Source: an uncultured Gemmatimonadales bacterium (lineage in GTDB: Bacteria; Gemmatimonadota; Gemmatimonadetes; Longimicrobiales; Longimicrobiaceae). From it: 64,000 nucleotides of DNA. Position numbers and translations under genes: made by a program. Below, in pieces: positions 39,356 to 49,135 of this stretch. How positions within the stretch are numbered: the first letter of the stretch is position 1; each line of letters starts with the position of its first letter. The notes beneath the pieces were generated by a model. It made no database searches. It was not told the origin of the DNA and was given only the letters and a program-made list of their open reading frames with translations. The stretch spans positions 6,208,001 through 6,272,000 of the forward strand of contig OY970303.1 in the NCBI GenBank assembly GCA_963716255.1, read 5' to 3'.

Positions 39356-39700
39356 TTATGCGCAGGGATCCTCGCCCCGAAGGATCGCGACGATCAGCTC
39401 CCGTGCGCGTGCTCGCCTGGGCACGGGCAGGATCCGCAGCAGGGCCTCGAGCGCTACCTCCTGGGCCGTGCTGAAGTCGCCAACTAGGTGGCGCGCGTAC
39501 CAGGCACGGAGCTTCTGGAGGGTTCTCCGGTACGACCCGCGGCCATCGAGCACCTTCTGCAACCCGCTGGCGGTCATTCCCACTTCGCGAGCTACACCTC
39601 GGAGGCTGGTCGCGTCGACCCGCTCCTGCAGGGCCGTGCGAATGGTGCCAGCGTTCACCTCGCCCCTGGCGCTGTGCGCCGCGGTGTCGCCTCTGGACAT
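39356..39700 (-). CDS. XRE-like HTH protein
   Basis: TSLRGVAREVGMTASGLQKVLDG...TLQKLRAWY. Confidence 0.6.
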   Translation of the reverse strand: MSRGDTAAHSARGEVNAGTIRTALQERVDATSLRGVAREVGMTASGLQKVLDGRGSYRRTLQKLRAWYARHLVGDFSTAQEVALEALLRILPVPRRARARELIVAILRGEDPCA

Positions 39701-39944
39701 GGGCTGCCCTTGATGCCGGGGGAGCGTGTGATGGGAAGTAGACATAAGTTGAGCCGTTCTGCTGGCCGCGCAACTATGCCCTCCCTGGTAGATAGGATCG
39801 GAATAGGGGAGCTTGGGACTAGGTTCGGGTAGAAGGGTCTAGGAACAGGCGTTCGCTGACTGCCCGACAACAAACGTTATTGATTCCGCGTGGCTTCAGG
39901 CCGATATTCCAGCTCCACCAATCGCTCAACTCGCAGAGGATCCC

Positions 39945-40406
39945 TTGAACCGTTATCGCTGGGCGTGGTTTGCCCTGGCGTGCCTGGTCGCGGCCGGGTG
40001 GGCCTGGACGAACCGATACGAGTACCGCGAGTGCAACCGCGGCGGCTGCATTGCGGTGAACCGCTGGACCGGGGAGCACCATCGCACCGACGAGGCCGGA
40101 GCAGCAGCCCGGCGGAAGAAGGCGGAGCAGGAGGAGTGGTCCCGGGATTCCCTGGCTGCGCTGGGCATGGACACCATGTCCATATCCCAGGGCTCCTCCC
40201 CTGGTGCTGCCCCAGAGGAGAACCGGTTTTCGAAGTACTCTGAGCAGGAGAAGATCCGTCGCTTCCGCGAGGCGCACGGCGTGGACTCTGCATCGCTCCC
40301 CGTGCACTCCGCGCTGAACGAGGCCTGGGCGGATACTGCCTTTGGGAGGATAGCTGCGAAATATGCGGAGGGCGCTAGCTTGGTCGCGGACCCTCGCCAC
40401 CGCTGA
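39945..40406 (+). CDS. Hypothetical membrane-anchored protein
   Basis: N-terminal hydrophobic helix; NRYEY...NRWTGE. Confidence 0.5.
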   Translation: MNRYRWAWFALACLVAAGWAWTNRYEYRECNRGGCIAVNRWTGEHHRTDEAGAAARRKKAEQEEWSRDSLAALGMDTMSISQGSSPGAAPEENRFSKYSEQEKIRRFREAHGVDSASLPVHSALNEAWADTAFGRIAAKYAEGASLVADPRHR

Positions 40407-40630
40407 CGCAGTCACCGTTCCGCGGCCCGCACGCTGCCCTGAGCGCGCCACGGTCGATCGAACCAGGGGGACGTACCGACCGGAGCTACCATTCGGGTGG
40501 AATCCTCTCGTGTAGCTCCCGGTAGCTTCGTACCCGGCCTCGGAGGAGGCGGAGGCGACTGCACCGCGCTATGTAGGGGACTCTCCGGGGAAATAAGCCG
40601 AGAAAATGGGTCTGTCAGCCATGGGGGGCA

Positions 40631-43600
40631 GTGGTGAATAGGAGGGCGAGGAGCGCGGCGGGAGGAGCTGCGGGAGCGGGGGGGGTCGGATTCGAGGGGC
40701 TGGTCGCCGCCTACGGGATCGTGCACATGCTCGCGGAGCGCGAAGCGCCCTCGCTCTTCGACCGCAATTCACCGATCGCCTGGATCGCCTGCCAGGCGAG
40801 TACGGCGGTGGACGATCTGCTCATTGGGTTCGCGGACGGCGGGGTCGCGTACCTGCAGCTCAAGCGCAGCGTGAGCCTGTCGCCGCGTCCTGCGAGCGGC
40901 GAGGAGGTTCCCCTGGGTTCCGCGTTCGACCAGTTCGTCCGGCAGTACCACGCCGGTGTCGAGTCACACGGCGCTCCACGGAGGGACTGGGACCTGGCCC
41001 GTGACCGCATGGTGCTGGGGGTGGGAACGGGCACGTTCAACCCGGTCAAGCGCGTTCTGGCAGGGTTGCTCCATCGGCTCCGCCCACTGCCCGAGGGGCA
41101 GCCCCTCGACGCGGCCGTTACGAACGAACCCGAAAAGGGGGCGCTGAAGATCGTGCTGGACCACGTCCGGCCGGCGTGGAGAGCTGCCGTTCAGCGGGAT
41201 CCGACCGACGCCGAGTTGCTGGAGTTTCTGCGCTTCATCTGGGTCCACGAGTTCGCTGTGGAGCCCGGTGAGGCAGGAGAAACCACCGCAGAGCACATGC
41301 TCCGAACCAGCGTGCTCCGCGACTCCGGTCAGAGTCCCAAGGCGTGGAAGGTGATCCGGTCCGACGCGCAGGAGATGGTCAGCAACCGCCGGAGCGTGGA
41401 CCGGTCCGGAGCCGAACGCGAGCTTGCGAAGCACTTCCCTCTCAAGGGCGCACCCAGCTACCACGACGACTTCCGGCGCCTGTCCGAGCATACCCGGCGC
41501 GGGGTCGATCGGCTCGCAGATTTCGCGCGCATCGAGCTGGCCGGCCGCGACGTGCACGTGGAGCGCGCCCACGTGCCTGTGGTGCGCGCCGCCGCGGAGG
41601 ATGGCCCGCTTCTGGTCGTGGGGAGGCCGGGCGCCGGGAAATCCGGTGTCCAGCACGGCTTCGTCGTCCAGGCGCAGGCCGAGAGGCGTGATCTGGTCTT
41701 CCTTGCCGCCCAAGACCACACCGCCGGAAGCCTGGCGGGTCTCCGCGCCGAGCTCTTCCTGGAGCACGACATCGTCGAGGTGCTGGCGAACTGGCCTGGT
41801 CCAGCGCCTGCCTTTCTCGTCGTCGATGCGCTCGATGCTGCGCGCGGTGAGCCGGCCGCCCGGGCGCTTCGCGACCTCATCCGCGAGGTGGGCTTGCGTG
41901 CGCCGCGCTGGCACGTGGTCGCCTCGGTGCGCGAGTTCGAACTGCGCTACGGGCAGGACCTGCGCAGGCTGTTCCGGGGAGCACCGCCGGCGAACGCTCC
42001 GGAGCCCCCGCTTCCTGATCCGTCCCTCCGTAGGGTCCGGCACATTGTGGTGGGCGACCTCTCCGCGGCGGACTTCCGGCAAGTAGCCGCCGCCGCCCCG
42101 GAGCTTCACCAGCTCGTTGAAGGGGCGCCTCCGGCCCTACGCGGCCTCCTGGCGAACCCGTTCAACTTAAACCTCGCCGCCGCACTCCTGGACAGCGGAC
42201 GTGATCCCGAGGAGATCCGCGGCATCAAGACGCAGATGGACCTGCTGGACAGCTACTGGACCGCGCGGGTTCTGGAGACGGGGAGGCCCGTACTGCGCAC
42301 CGCTCGGATCGACGTCGTTCGCCGCGCCGCCCGCGAGATGATCCGCCTCCGCTCGCTCCGGGCACCTCACTCGCAGGTGGCTGGAGCGGCGGAAAGCGAA
42401 GCCCTGCACGAGCTCCTGGGGGCACACGTGCTCTCCGAGGGGGAGCAGGGACCCGAGCAGGCCCCGGACGACACGGTGCTCGCCTTCGGACACCATCGCA
42501 TCTTCGACTTCGCCGTCGAGCGGGTGCTCCTGCGAGGTACACCCGTCGCCGATCGGCTGGCGGCGGACCCGCAGTTCGGCCTCTTCGCGCGCCCCAGCCT
42601 CGAGATGCACTTCGAGCACCTCTGGGATGCGGCGGGTCCGGGGCGTGCAGAATTTTGGGCTGAGGTGCTGGACGTCTGCGGGCGCGCCGGGCTGCGCGCC
42701 GTAGACGTTCTGGTCGGGCCGGGGGTCGCGGCGACACGTGCCAGGACGCTGGATGACGTGTCGCCGCTCGTGGAGGGCCTGGAGAGCGCCAACCCCGCTT
42801 CCCGGATGTCCGCGGAGCAGGCGCTCAGTCACACGCTTCGCACCCTCCTGCCCGGCGCGGTCGCGGGCGTCCCGCTGCTGGGCCCAGAGGCCGGCCCCTG
42901 GACCGAGCTCCTCGAGCGTACCAGTCGACGAATCACGCCTCCGGTCGCGAACACGCTGCGCGCGATGCTGAACGCCGCGGTGGACCATCGGGCCGCAGCG
43001 ACCGACGCGCAGCGGGCGGACCTCAGCACCGCGTCCCGCCGGCTGCTTGAGTTCGCGTGGGAGCTCGAGCCGCGACCGGGTTTCCTCGTTCGGGCTGGGA
43101 TTGAGGCCGTGCTCACGTTCTACACTGCGGCACCGGCTGAATCGGCTGCGCTCGTCCGGCGCGGCCTCACCGCCGAGCATGTCGCGCGCTACGGGCACGA
43201 GGAGCTGCGGTATTACGGCGACCATGTGCGCCGGCTTGCTACGGTTGATGCGGAACTCGTTCGGGATCTGTACTCCGTGGCCTTCTCCACCGAGCCACCG
43301 GAGAAGGTGAGGACCGGATGGGGCGGGAACATCATGTCGTTCTCCTCCGATGCGGCACAGGACTTCGGCTCGTCCCTGTATGTCCTGGCCCGCGCGTTCC
43401 CCGGCTTCGCTATGGCGGCCCCGGAGCACGCCACCGCCGCGCTGAGCCAGGTCGCGGAGTTCCACGGCAGGCACGCCCGCATCAACCGACCGCCGGAGGA
43501 GGGAACGTTCGAGTTCCATGGCGAGACCGCCCGTTTCCGCGCAGACTACCAAGGACTGTGGCGCGACAGGCGGAATGCGGACGAGGCGAAAAAGCTGTTC

Positions 43601-45604
43601 GGATGCCTCGCGGCCAGGCTGGCCCGCCTGGCCGGCGAGGACGGCGGGCTCGCCGTGTTCAGGCGAATCGTGGCGATGCTCGTGCGCGAGAATCGCACGG
43701 CCAGCCTGTGGAAGGTGCTGCTCGAGGTGGGAGCGAGGGCGCCCGACGTGCTGGGGCAGGAACTGAAACCGCTCCTGGTCGCACCGGTCCTGCTGGGAGG
43801 CGTCGACACGCGCACGGCCGCGGCCGGCTTCGTGGCTGCGATGGCCCCCCATCTCCCGGAGGAGGAACGGGTGGGGGTGGAGCGCGCCATCCTGTCCGTG
43901 GAGGAGCCGGACCTCTCCGCGCTCGGCCTCGCCAACGGTCGGGTGCGGGTCGCGCTTCTCGCCCGTCTGGGCTGGGATCCCGTCACGGAGGAGGCCCGCC
44001 GCCTCCTGGAGGAATGGAATGGAGGGGGCGCGGCAGCTCCGGAGCTGGACGAGGGTCTGACGATTCACTACCACACGGTCGCCGCCAGCGAGGACGAGCG
44101 CCTGGAGCGTGAGGGAGTCGCGATCGACCTCGAATCGAACCGCCGCCTTCGCGAGCTCGCCGCATCGGCAGCGGCGGTGTCGGCCGCGCTGGAGGGCCCG
44201 TTCGACATCAGCCGAGCAGCAGTCGAACGCGGGCCGGCAGCGCTCGCGGTGCTGGCTGATGCGCTGGGCGCGGCCGAAGCAGGCGGCGCCCACCCGGTCG
44301 TGGTGGACGAGGCACGAACCTCGTTTCTCACGCTGTCCGCCGATCTCGCCGAGGCCGCCACGCACCCCTGCAGCTCGGCGACCGGGCGGCTCCTGCGTGA
44401 CACCCTCCTCGAAGCGGCGCGCGACCCACGCCCGGAGCCCGAACCCGAGTCGGAGGCGGAGTTCACCGACTGGCCCATCCTGCTGAGCGGGCAGCCGCGC
44501 GGCCTCGCAGCAGCGGGGCTCACCGCTCTGTGCCGCGATCCGTCATGCGCGACCCCCGAGGTGCTGGAGGCCCTGGAGCGCCTTGCCGCGGACCCCGTCG
44601 CGCGGGTACGGGTCCGGGTGGCGAGGGGGCTCGACAGCCTCGCAGCCTCGTCTCCGGAGGTTGCGTGGAAGCTCGCAGATGCGTTCGCCCGCAACGATCC
44701 GTCAGCCGCCGTCGTGCACGCCGCGGTGGATTCGCTCGGCGCCATAGGGGCGGCCGACCCCGGTCGAGCGGCCGGGCTCGCCATCGCGGCGCACCAGCGC
44801 CTGGCGGAGCATGCGGACGCGCCGAACGCACGGTGGAAGTGCATCGAGGTACTTCGTCGACTGTACCTCCTGCAGGATGAGCCTGCCGCACGTGATTACC
44901 TGCTCGGGATCGCCGACCATCCCTCGCGGTTTGCCGACGAAGCACAGCACCTGCTCGGCGCTGCCCAGGCTACGACGCTCACCCAGGGGCCTGTCGAAGC
45001 TCAGCCTTCCCGTGTGGATACCGTCCGGCGGCGGTGCTTGGACCTGTTCGGCCGGCTCACACGGGCGACCGCCGACGAGTTCGAGCTCCGGGTCCGGGAG
45101 GATGGTCCAGAGGACGAGGATCCGGACGCACGGCGCACCCGCGCCCAATCACTGGCGGAGCTGCTGGATGGCGCGGGCCGCACGCTGTACTACGCTGCCG
45201 GTGCAGATCGTGGATCCGGTCAGCGACCCTCGAACGAGGTCCGGGAGCGGCTCTACCAGGAGGCGGGCCAGATCATCGACACGCTTGCCGGGGTGGGGCT
45301 GGCGAGCCTGGCACACCATCTGGTCGAGACGCTGGAGGTGTTCATCCCTGCGGATCCCCCTGGCGTGTTCCTCCGGGTTGCTGCCGTCGTACGGGCAGGC
45401 GAGCGAGGGGGGTACGCGCACGAGCCGCTCGCGGAGGAGGTGATCGTACGGATCGTCACGACGTATTTCGCGGACCATCCCGACGTGTTCCAGCGCGACG
45501 AGGACTGCCGTACGGCGTTGCTCGACGTTCTAGACGCCTTCGTACGCGCCGGCTGGGTCTCCGCACAGCGCATCACCTACGGACTCGGAGAGGTGTTTCG
45601 GTAA
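40631..45604 (+). CDS. Large nuclease-STAND NTPase (Avs-like antiphage candidate)
   Basis: GGA.GAGG.GF, VDDL...YLQLKR nuclease-like; Walker A GRPGAGKS; Walker B LVVDALD; NPFNL; long helical C-terminus. Confidence 0.7.
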   Translation: MVNRRARSAAGGAAGAGGVGFEGLVAAYGIVHMLAEREAPSLFDRNSPIAWIACQASTAVDDLLIGFADGGVAYLQLKRSVSLSPRPASGEEVPLGSAFDQFVRQYHAGVESHGAPRRDWDLARDRMVLGVGTGTFNPVKRVLAGLLHRLRPLPEGQPLDAAVTNEPEKGALKIVLDHVRPAWRAAVQRDPTDAELLEFLRFIWVHEFAVEPGEAGETTAEHMLRTSVLRDSGQSPKAWKVIRSDAQEMVSNRRSVDRSGAERELAKHFPLKGAPSYHDDFRRLSEHTRRGVDRLADFARIELAGRDVHVERAHVPVVRAAAEDGPLLVVGRPGAGKSGVQHGFVVQAQAERRDLVFLAAQDHTAGSLAGLRAELFLEHDIVEVLANWPGPAPAFLVVDALDAARGEPAARALRDLIREVGLRAPRWHVVASVREFELRYGQDLRRLFRGAPPANAPEPPLPDPSLRRVRHIVVGDLSAADFRQVAAAAPELHQLVEGAPPALRGLLANPFNLNLAAALLDSGRDPEEIRGIKTQMDLLDSYWTARVLETGRPVLRTARIDVVRRAAREMIRLRSLRAPHSQVAGAAESEALHELLGAHVLSEGEQGPEQAPDDTVLAFGHHRIFDFAVERVLLRGTPVADRLAADPQFGLFARPSLEMHFEHLWDAAGPGRAEFWAEVLDVCGRAGLRAVDVLVGPGVAATRARTLDDVSPLVEGLESANPASRMSAEQALSHTLRTLLPGAVAGVPLLGPEAGPWTELLERTSRRITPPVANTLRAMLNAAVDHRAAATDAQRADLSTASRRLLEFAWELEPRPGFLVRAGIEAVLTFYTAAPAESAALVRRGLTAEHVARYGHEELRYYGDHVRRLATVDAELVRDLYSVAFSTEPPEKVRTGWGGNIMSFSSDAAQDFGSSLYVLARAFPGFAMAAPEHATAALSQVAEFHGRHARINRPPEEGTFEFHGETARFRADYQGLWRDRRNADEAKKLFGCLAARLARLAGEDGGLAVFRRIVAMLVRENRTASLWKVLLEVGARAPDVLGQELKPLLVAPVLLGGVDTRTAAAGFVAAMAPHLPEEERVGVERAILSVEEPDLSALGLANGRVRVALLARLGWDPVTEEARRLLEEWNGGGAAAPELDEGLTIHYHTVAASEDERLEREGVAIDLESNRRLRELAASAAAVSAALEGPFDISRAAVERGPAALAVLADALGAAEAGGAHPVVVDEARTSFLTLSADLAEAATHPCSSATGRLLRDTLLEAARDPRPEPEPESEAEFTDWPILLSGQPRGLAAAGLTALCRDPSCATPEVLEALERLAADPVARVRVRVARGLDSLAASSPEVAWKLADAFARNDPSAAVVHAAVDSLGAIGAADPGRAAGLAIAAHQRLAEHADAPNARWKCIEVLRRLYLLQDEPAARDYLLGIADHPSRFADEAQHLLGAAQATTLTQGPVEAQPSRVDTVRRRCLDLFGRLTRATADEFELRVREDGPEDEDPDARRTRAQSLAELLDGAGRTLYYAAGADRGSGQRPSNEVRERLYQEAGQIIDTLAGVGLASLAHHLVETLEVFIPADPPGVFLRVAAVVRAGERGGYAHEPLAEEVIVRIVTTYFADHPDVFQRDEDCRTALLDVLDAFVRAGWVSAQRITYGLGEVFR

Positions 45605-45679
45605 GGCACTGACCGCCATACCGCCCACCAGCGGAGCCTGCCATGCCTCCGCAACCTATCCGGTTCTGGGCAGTCGAGC

Positions 45680-47212
45680 ATGACCCGCCCAACTTGGCCT
45701 CCCGCGCTACCGGTGCCCTCCGCACAGATGAAACGGGTTCTGATGATCGCGAATGAGATCGACTTACTGAAGGCAAAGAAGATCTGCTGCCAGTGTGTGC
45801 GCGAGCCGTACCTCCGTGAGGAAATCCGATCCAGCGGCCGGCGGCGGAAATGCACCTATTGCGGGCACACCAGGAAGAGCTATCTCATCGGCGAGATCGC
45901 GGAACGAATCGACCTCGTCTTTGAGGAGTACTTCATCCGCACTCCCACCGAGCCGAATGCGTGGGAGTCCGCGATGCTCGCAGACGATGAATCCAACTAT
46001 TCCTGGTACCGTGAGGGTGAGCCTGTCGTAGATGCGATCATGAACGCCGCGGAGATCCCGGAGAGCGCGGCCCGCGACATTCAGGAGATCCTCGAAGCTC
46101 AGCATTCCGACTATGAGGCTGCGCATTCCGGGGAGGAGACGGAGTACGACGCCGACTCGCACTACGCGGAGCGGGGGGCGAGCGACACAGCCTGGCAGCA
46201 TGACTGGCAGCAGTTCGAGCGCATGCTCAAGGCAGAAGCCCGCTACTTCAATCGCGCCGCCGAACGTCACCTCGCGGAGGTCTTCGTCGGCATCGCCGAC
46301 ATGAAGACGCACGATGGCCGGCCGGTTGTGAGGGATGTGGGTCCCGGAACGGACATGAGCACCGTGTACCGGGCCCGCGTGTTTCAGTCGGACGACAGGC
46401 TGGAGGAAGCGCTGATGCGTCCTGACAAGCACATCGGATCACCCCCGTCGGGGGTTGCCAGGGCTGGACGGATGAATGCGCATGGCGTGTCCGTCTTCTA
46501 TGGCGCGACGGATCCGAGGGTTGCACGCGCCGAGGTTCGTCCCCCGGTCGGCAGCCAAGTTGTGGTGGCGCGATTCGAGATCCTTCGGCCGCTCCGTCTT
46601 CTCGACCTGACGGCGCTAAGCGCGGTACACCCCACCGGGAGCATCTTCGATCCAACGCTCGCTGGCCGGCTTGAGAGAGCGATGTTCTTGCGCTCGCTGA
46701 GCCAGCGCATCATCCGGCCTGTCATGCCGGATGATGAAGCCTTCGAGTACATCGCGACGCAGGCGGTCGCTGACTTCCTGGCGACGGAACTGGACGGGAT
46801 CGTCTTTCCTTCCGCGCAGGCGGGAGGGGCGGGGCTCAACGTCGTTCTGTTCCACAGGGCTGCGCGCGTCGAACCACTCGAGATCCCGGAGGGAACCGAG
46901 ATCCGTGCTCGGCTGGGCGAGTGGGATGGAGACGACTGGGAGATCAGCTACTCAGTGGTCGAAGAGGTTCCCCCGAAGGCAGACGCGGCAACAGATGGAA
47001 CGCCGCGGCTTCCGGTCCTTCCGTCGTTCGCCCCGACCGTCAATTCCTGGAACCCGGACACGCGTGAGGCGGCACTGAAAATTGTGCAGGACGACGTGAC
47101 GGTTCACATTGTGAAGGCAGTGGATTTCGAGACCGACCAGTACAAAGTCACGCGGTTCCGCTGGGAGAGGAGCGACGTCAACCTCACAAACGCAGCGGTT
47201 GACTTCTTCTGA
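45680..47212 (+). CDS. RES-domain protein with N-terminal zinc ribbon; start may be slightly downstream
   Basis: CCQC...CTYC; YRAR, GRMN..GVSVFY, AEVRP, YIATQ..ADF, GIVFPS. Confidence 0.8.
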   Translation: MTRPTWPPALPVPSAQMKRVLMIANEIDLLKAKKICCQCVREPYLREEIRSSGRRRKCTYCGHTRKSYLIGEIAERIDLVFEEYFIRTPTEPNAWESAMLADDESNYSWYREGEPVVDAIMNAAEIPESAARDIQEILEAQHSDYEAAHSGEETEYDADSHYAERGASDTAWQHDWQQFERMLKAEARYFNRAAERHLAEVFVGIADMKTHDGRPVVRDVGPGTDMSTVYRARVFQSDDRLEEALMRPDKHIGSPPSGVARAGRMNAHGVSVFYGATDPRVARAEVRPPVGSQVVVARFEILRPLRLLDLTALSAVHPTGSIFDPTLAGRLERAMFLRSLSQRIIRPVMPDDEAFEYIATQAVADFLATELDGIVFPSAQAGGAGLNVVLFHRAARVEPLEIPEGTEIRARLGEWDGDDWEISYSVVEEVPPKADAATDGTPRLPVLPSFAPTVNSWNPDTREAALKIVQDDVTVHIVKAVDFETDQYKVTRFRWERSDVNLTNAAVDFF

Positions 47213-47242
47213 CCGGGAGCCCCTGGCCGCTGCCGGCCGGGT

Positions 47243-49135
47243 CTAAGAAGCCCTCACATTGACGGACAGCATCTCCCGCACGTGTAGCAGCGCACACGCG
47301 ATCTCCTCTTGGAGCTCCGCAGCCAGCGCGGCACGAAGCGCCGCTCGCCGCACGAGCTTCCACGCCGGCGGGAGACAGCCCTCGGTGGCGAACCACTCTG
47401 CGGCCCAGCGGAGCTTGCGGATCGCGAAGGCAGCGGGCGTCTCCACCACCGCGTTGAGGTAAGCCGCCGTCAGGGGGAGGCGGTCCAGGTGCTGCGCCAG
47501 GAGCGAGGCCTGCCCCATGCGCCGCGCGACCGTCGTCACCCGGATCTGCACGGGACGCTCGCTCTCGCGGAGCATGGCGGCCGCCGCCTCCTCGGCGAGC
47601 GCCCGCAGTTCGTCGTCCCGGGCGCTCCAGTCCACCCGCGCCACCCGTCCGACCGGCCGGGGGCGCGGCGGGCGGTGCGCATCCAACCAGTCACGGTCGT
47701 AGCGGTACAGGTGTGAGTACGTCGCGGGCGCCCGCCCGCGCAGCGCCTGCACTCCGTCGCCCGGATGCCGGAGCCGGAGCCGCAGCCACGCCGCGCGGTG
47801 GCGGCGCGTGGTCGCCCGCACGGACTCGGCCCGGCGCGTTCCTGGGCCGACCTTTTCCCAGGTGCCCCACTCCTCCCGCCACACTCCCAGGCGCCGCGCC
47901 TGGCGCTGCAAGGTCCGCGGGTCCACGCCGAGAGTCCGCGCAGCGCCCTTCAGGCTCACCCGCGGATCCGCGACCAGCGCGCGGAGTCTCCCCTCCCAGA
48001 CCGGCCCGTACGCCAGCACCACCCGGCGAGAGCCGGCGCCCCGCGGCGGACGGTAGGTGAAGCCACACCGCTCGCAGCGGACCGTCCCTGGCACGGCCGC
48101 GCGCTGGAGCGCGGCTCGCCCCTCCCACGGCTCGCACACCGGGCTGGTGCAGGGGGCGCGCAGCTCCGGGGCGGGACCACCCCCTCCGAACCCCGGGGGC
48201 GTCCCTGCGAAGAACTCCGCGGGCGAGAGCCCCAAGAAGCGGAGGACCAGCAGGTGGTGCAGGGGGTGCTGCGCTGCGCGGGGCTTCCGCAGGAGCCGCG
48301 CGAGCCAGTCGTCCTCCCCGGTCCGGGTGGCCAGGCCGCACCCCAGCAGCGCCAGCATCCCGTCCTCATACCGGGCGAGGAAGGCTTCGCGGAGGTCGCC
48401 GATCCGCACCTGCTTGGCCGATCGCGTCCAGCCGTGCGCCTCCAGCAGCCGCCGGTACCGGAGCCGGAGCCCCTCGAGGCCCTCCGGCTCCGCAGGCGTG
48501 CTCAACAGCCACCAGGAGTCGGCCGCGAGCTGCCGGAGGAGCGTCGCCCCGGCGTCCGGGACCGGAATCGGCTGCGCGCCGGCGCGGCCGTCCCTCTCCA
48601 GGCTCCGGAACACGTTCCGCCCCTCGCCCTGGGTCCGCCGTACGGGGCTGCGCCAGAGGGGCACCTGGTGGGCCGGGCAGAGGAGGACGCCCGGGAGCTG
48701 GTGCACGCGGCGCCAGCAGGCAGCGCCGTAGGCCGCGCAGTCGGTCTCCGCGCACGCCGGGCAGAAGTGCAGGTGCGTGGGCGAGGGCACCGTGCTCGCC
48801 CGGATCCCGAGGAGATCCGGGAGGCCCACGCTCCCCCGCCAGCGGAGCCGCTCGACGGCCTCCGCGGCGCGGTGGCGCGCGACGAACCGGAGGTAGTAGG
48901 GCAGGGTCGTGTGGCCGCGGATGATCGTCTCCGCGGTGTAGCCGTGGCCCGGCGGAAGGTGCGCCAGTAGCGCCTCCAGCCGGCCGGGGAGGTCCACCAC
49001 GGCGATGCCGGTCGGGCTGCCGAAGATTGCGGCGAGGACGGCGCGGTCGTTGGCGAAGCGCATCGTGTCGCGGTAGCGCGCGATCACGCTGTAGAGCAGC
49101 TCCTCGGGCAGGAGCGCGGGGAAGAGCGCGGTCAT
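47243..49135 (-). CDS. tnsD: Second TniQ/TnsD target-selection protein
   Basis: FPALLPEELLYSVIARY, HTTLPYY, CPAC...WRRVHQLPGV..CPAH, HPLHHLL, second zinc finger and HTH, YRYDRDWL, RVDWSARD. Confidence 0.88.
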   Translation of the reverse strand: MTALFPALLPEELLYSVIARYRDTMRFANDRAVLAAIFGSPTGIAVVDLPGRLEALLAHLPPGHGYTAETIIRGHTTLPYYLRFVARHRAAEAVERLRWRGSVGLPDLLGIRASTVPSPTHLHFCPACAETDCAAYGAACWRRVHQLPGVLLCPAHQVPLWRSPVRRTQGEGRNVFRSLERDGRAGAQPIPVPDAGATLLRQLAADSWWLLSTPAEPEGLEGLRLRYRRLLEAHGWTRSAKQVRIGDLREAFLARYEDGMLALLGCGLATRTGEDDWLARLLRKPRAAQHPLHHLLVLRFLGLSPAEFFAGTPPGFGGGGPAPELRAPCTSPVCEPWEGRAALQRAAVPGTVRCERCGFTYRPPRGAGSRRVVLAYGPVWEGRLRALVADPRVSLKGAARTLGVDPRTLQRQARRLGVWREEWGTWEKVGPGTRRAESVRATTRRHRAAWLRLRLRHPGDGVQALRGRAPATYSHLYRYDRDWLDAHRPPRPRPVGRVARVDWSARDDELRALAEEAAAAMLRESERPVQIRVTTVARRMGQASLLAQHLDRLPLTAAYLNAVVETPAAFAIRKLRWAAEWFATEGCLPPAWKLVRRAALRAALAAELQEEIACALLHVREMLSVNVRAS

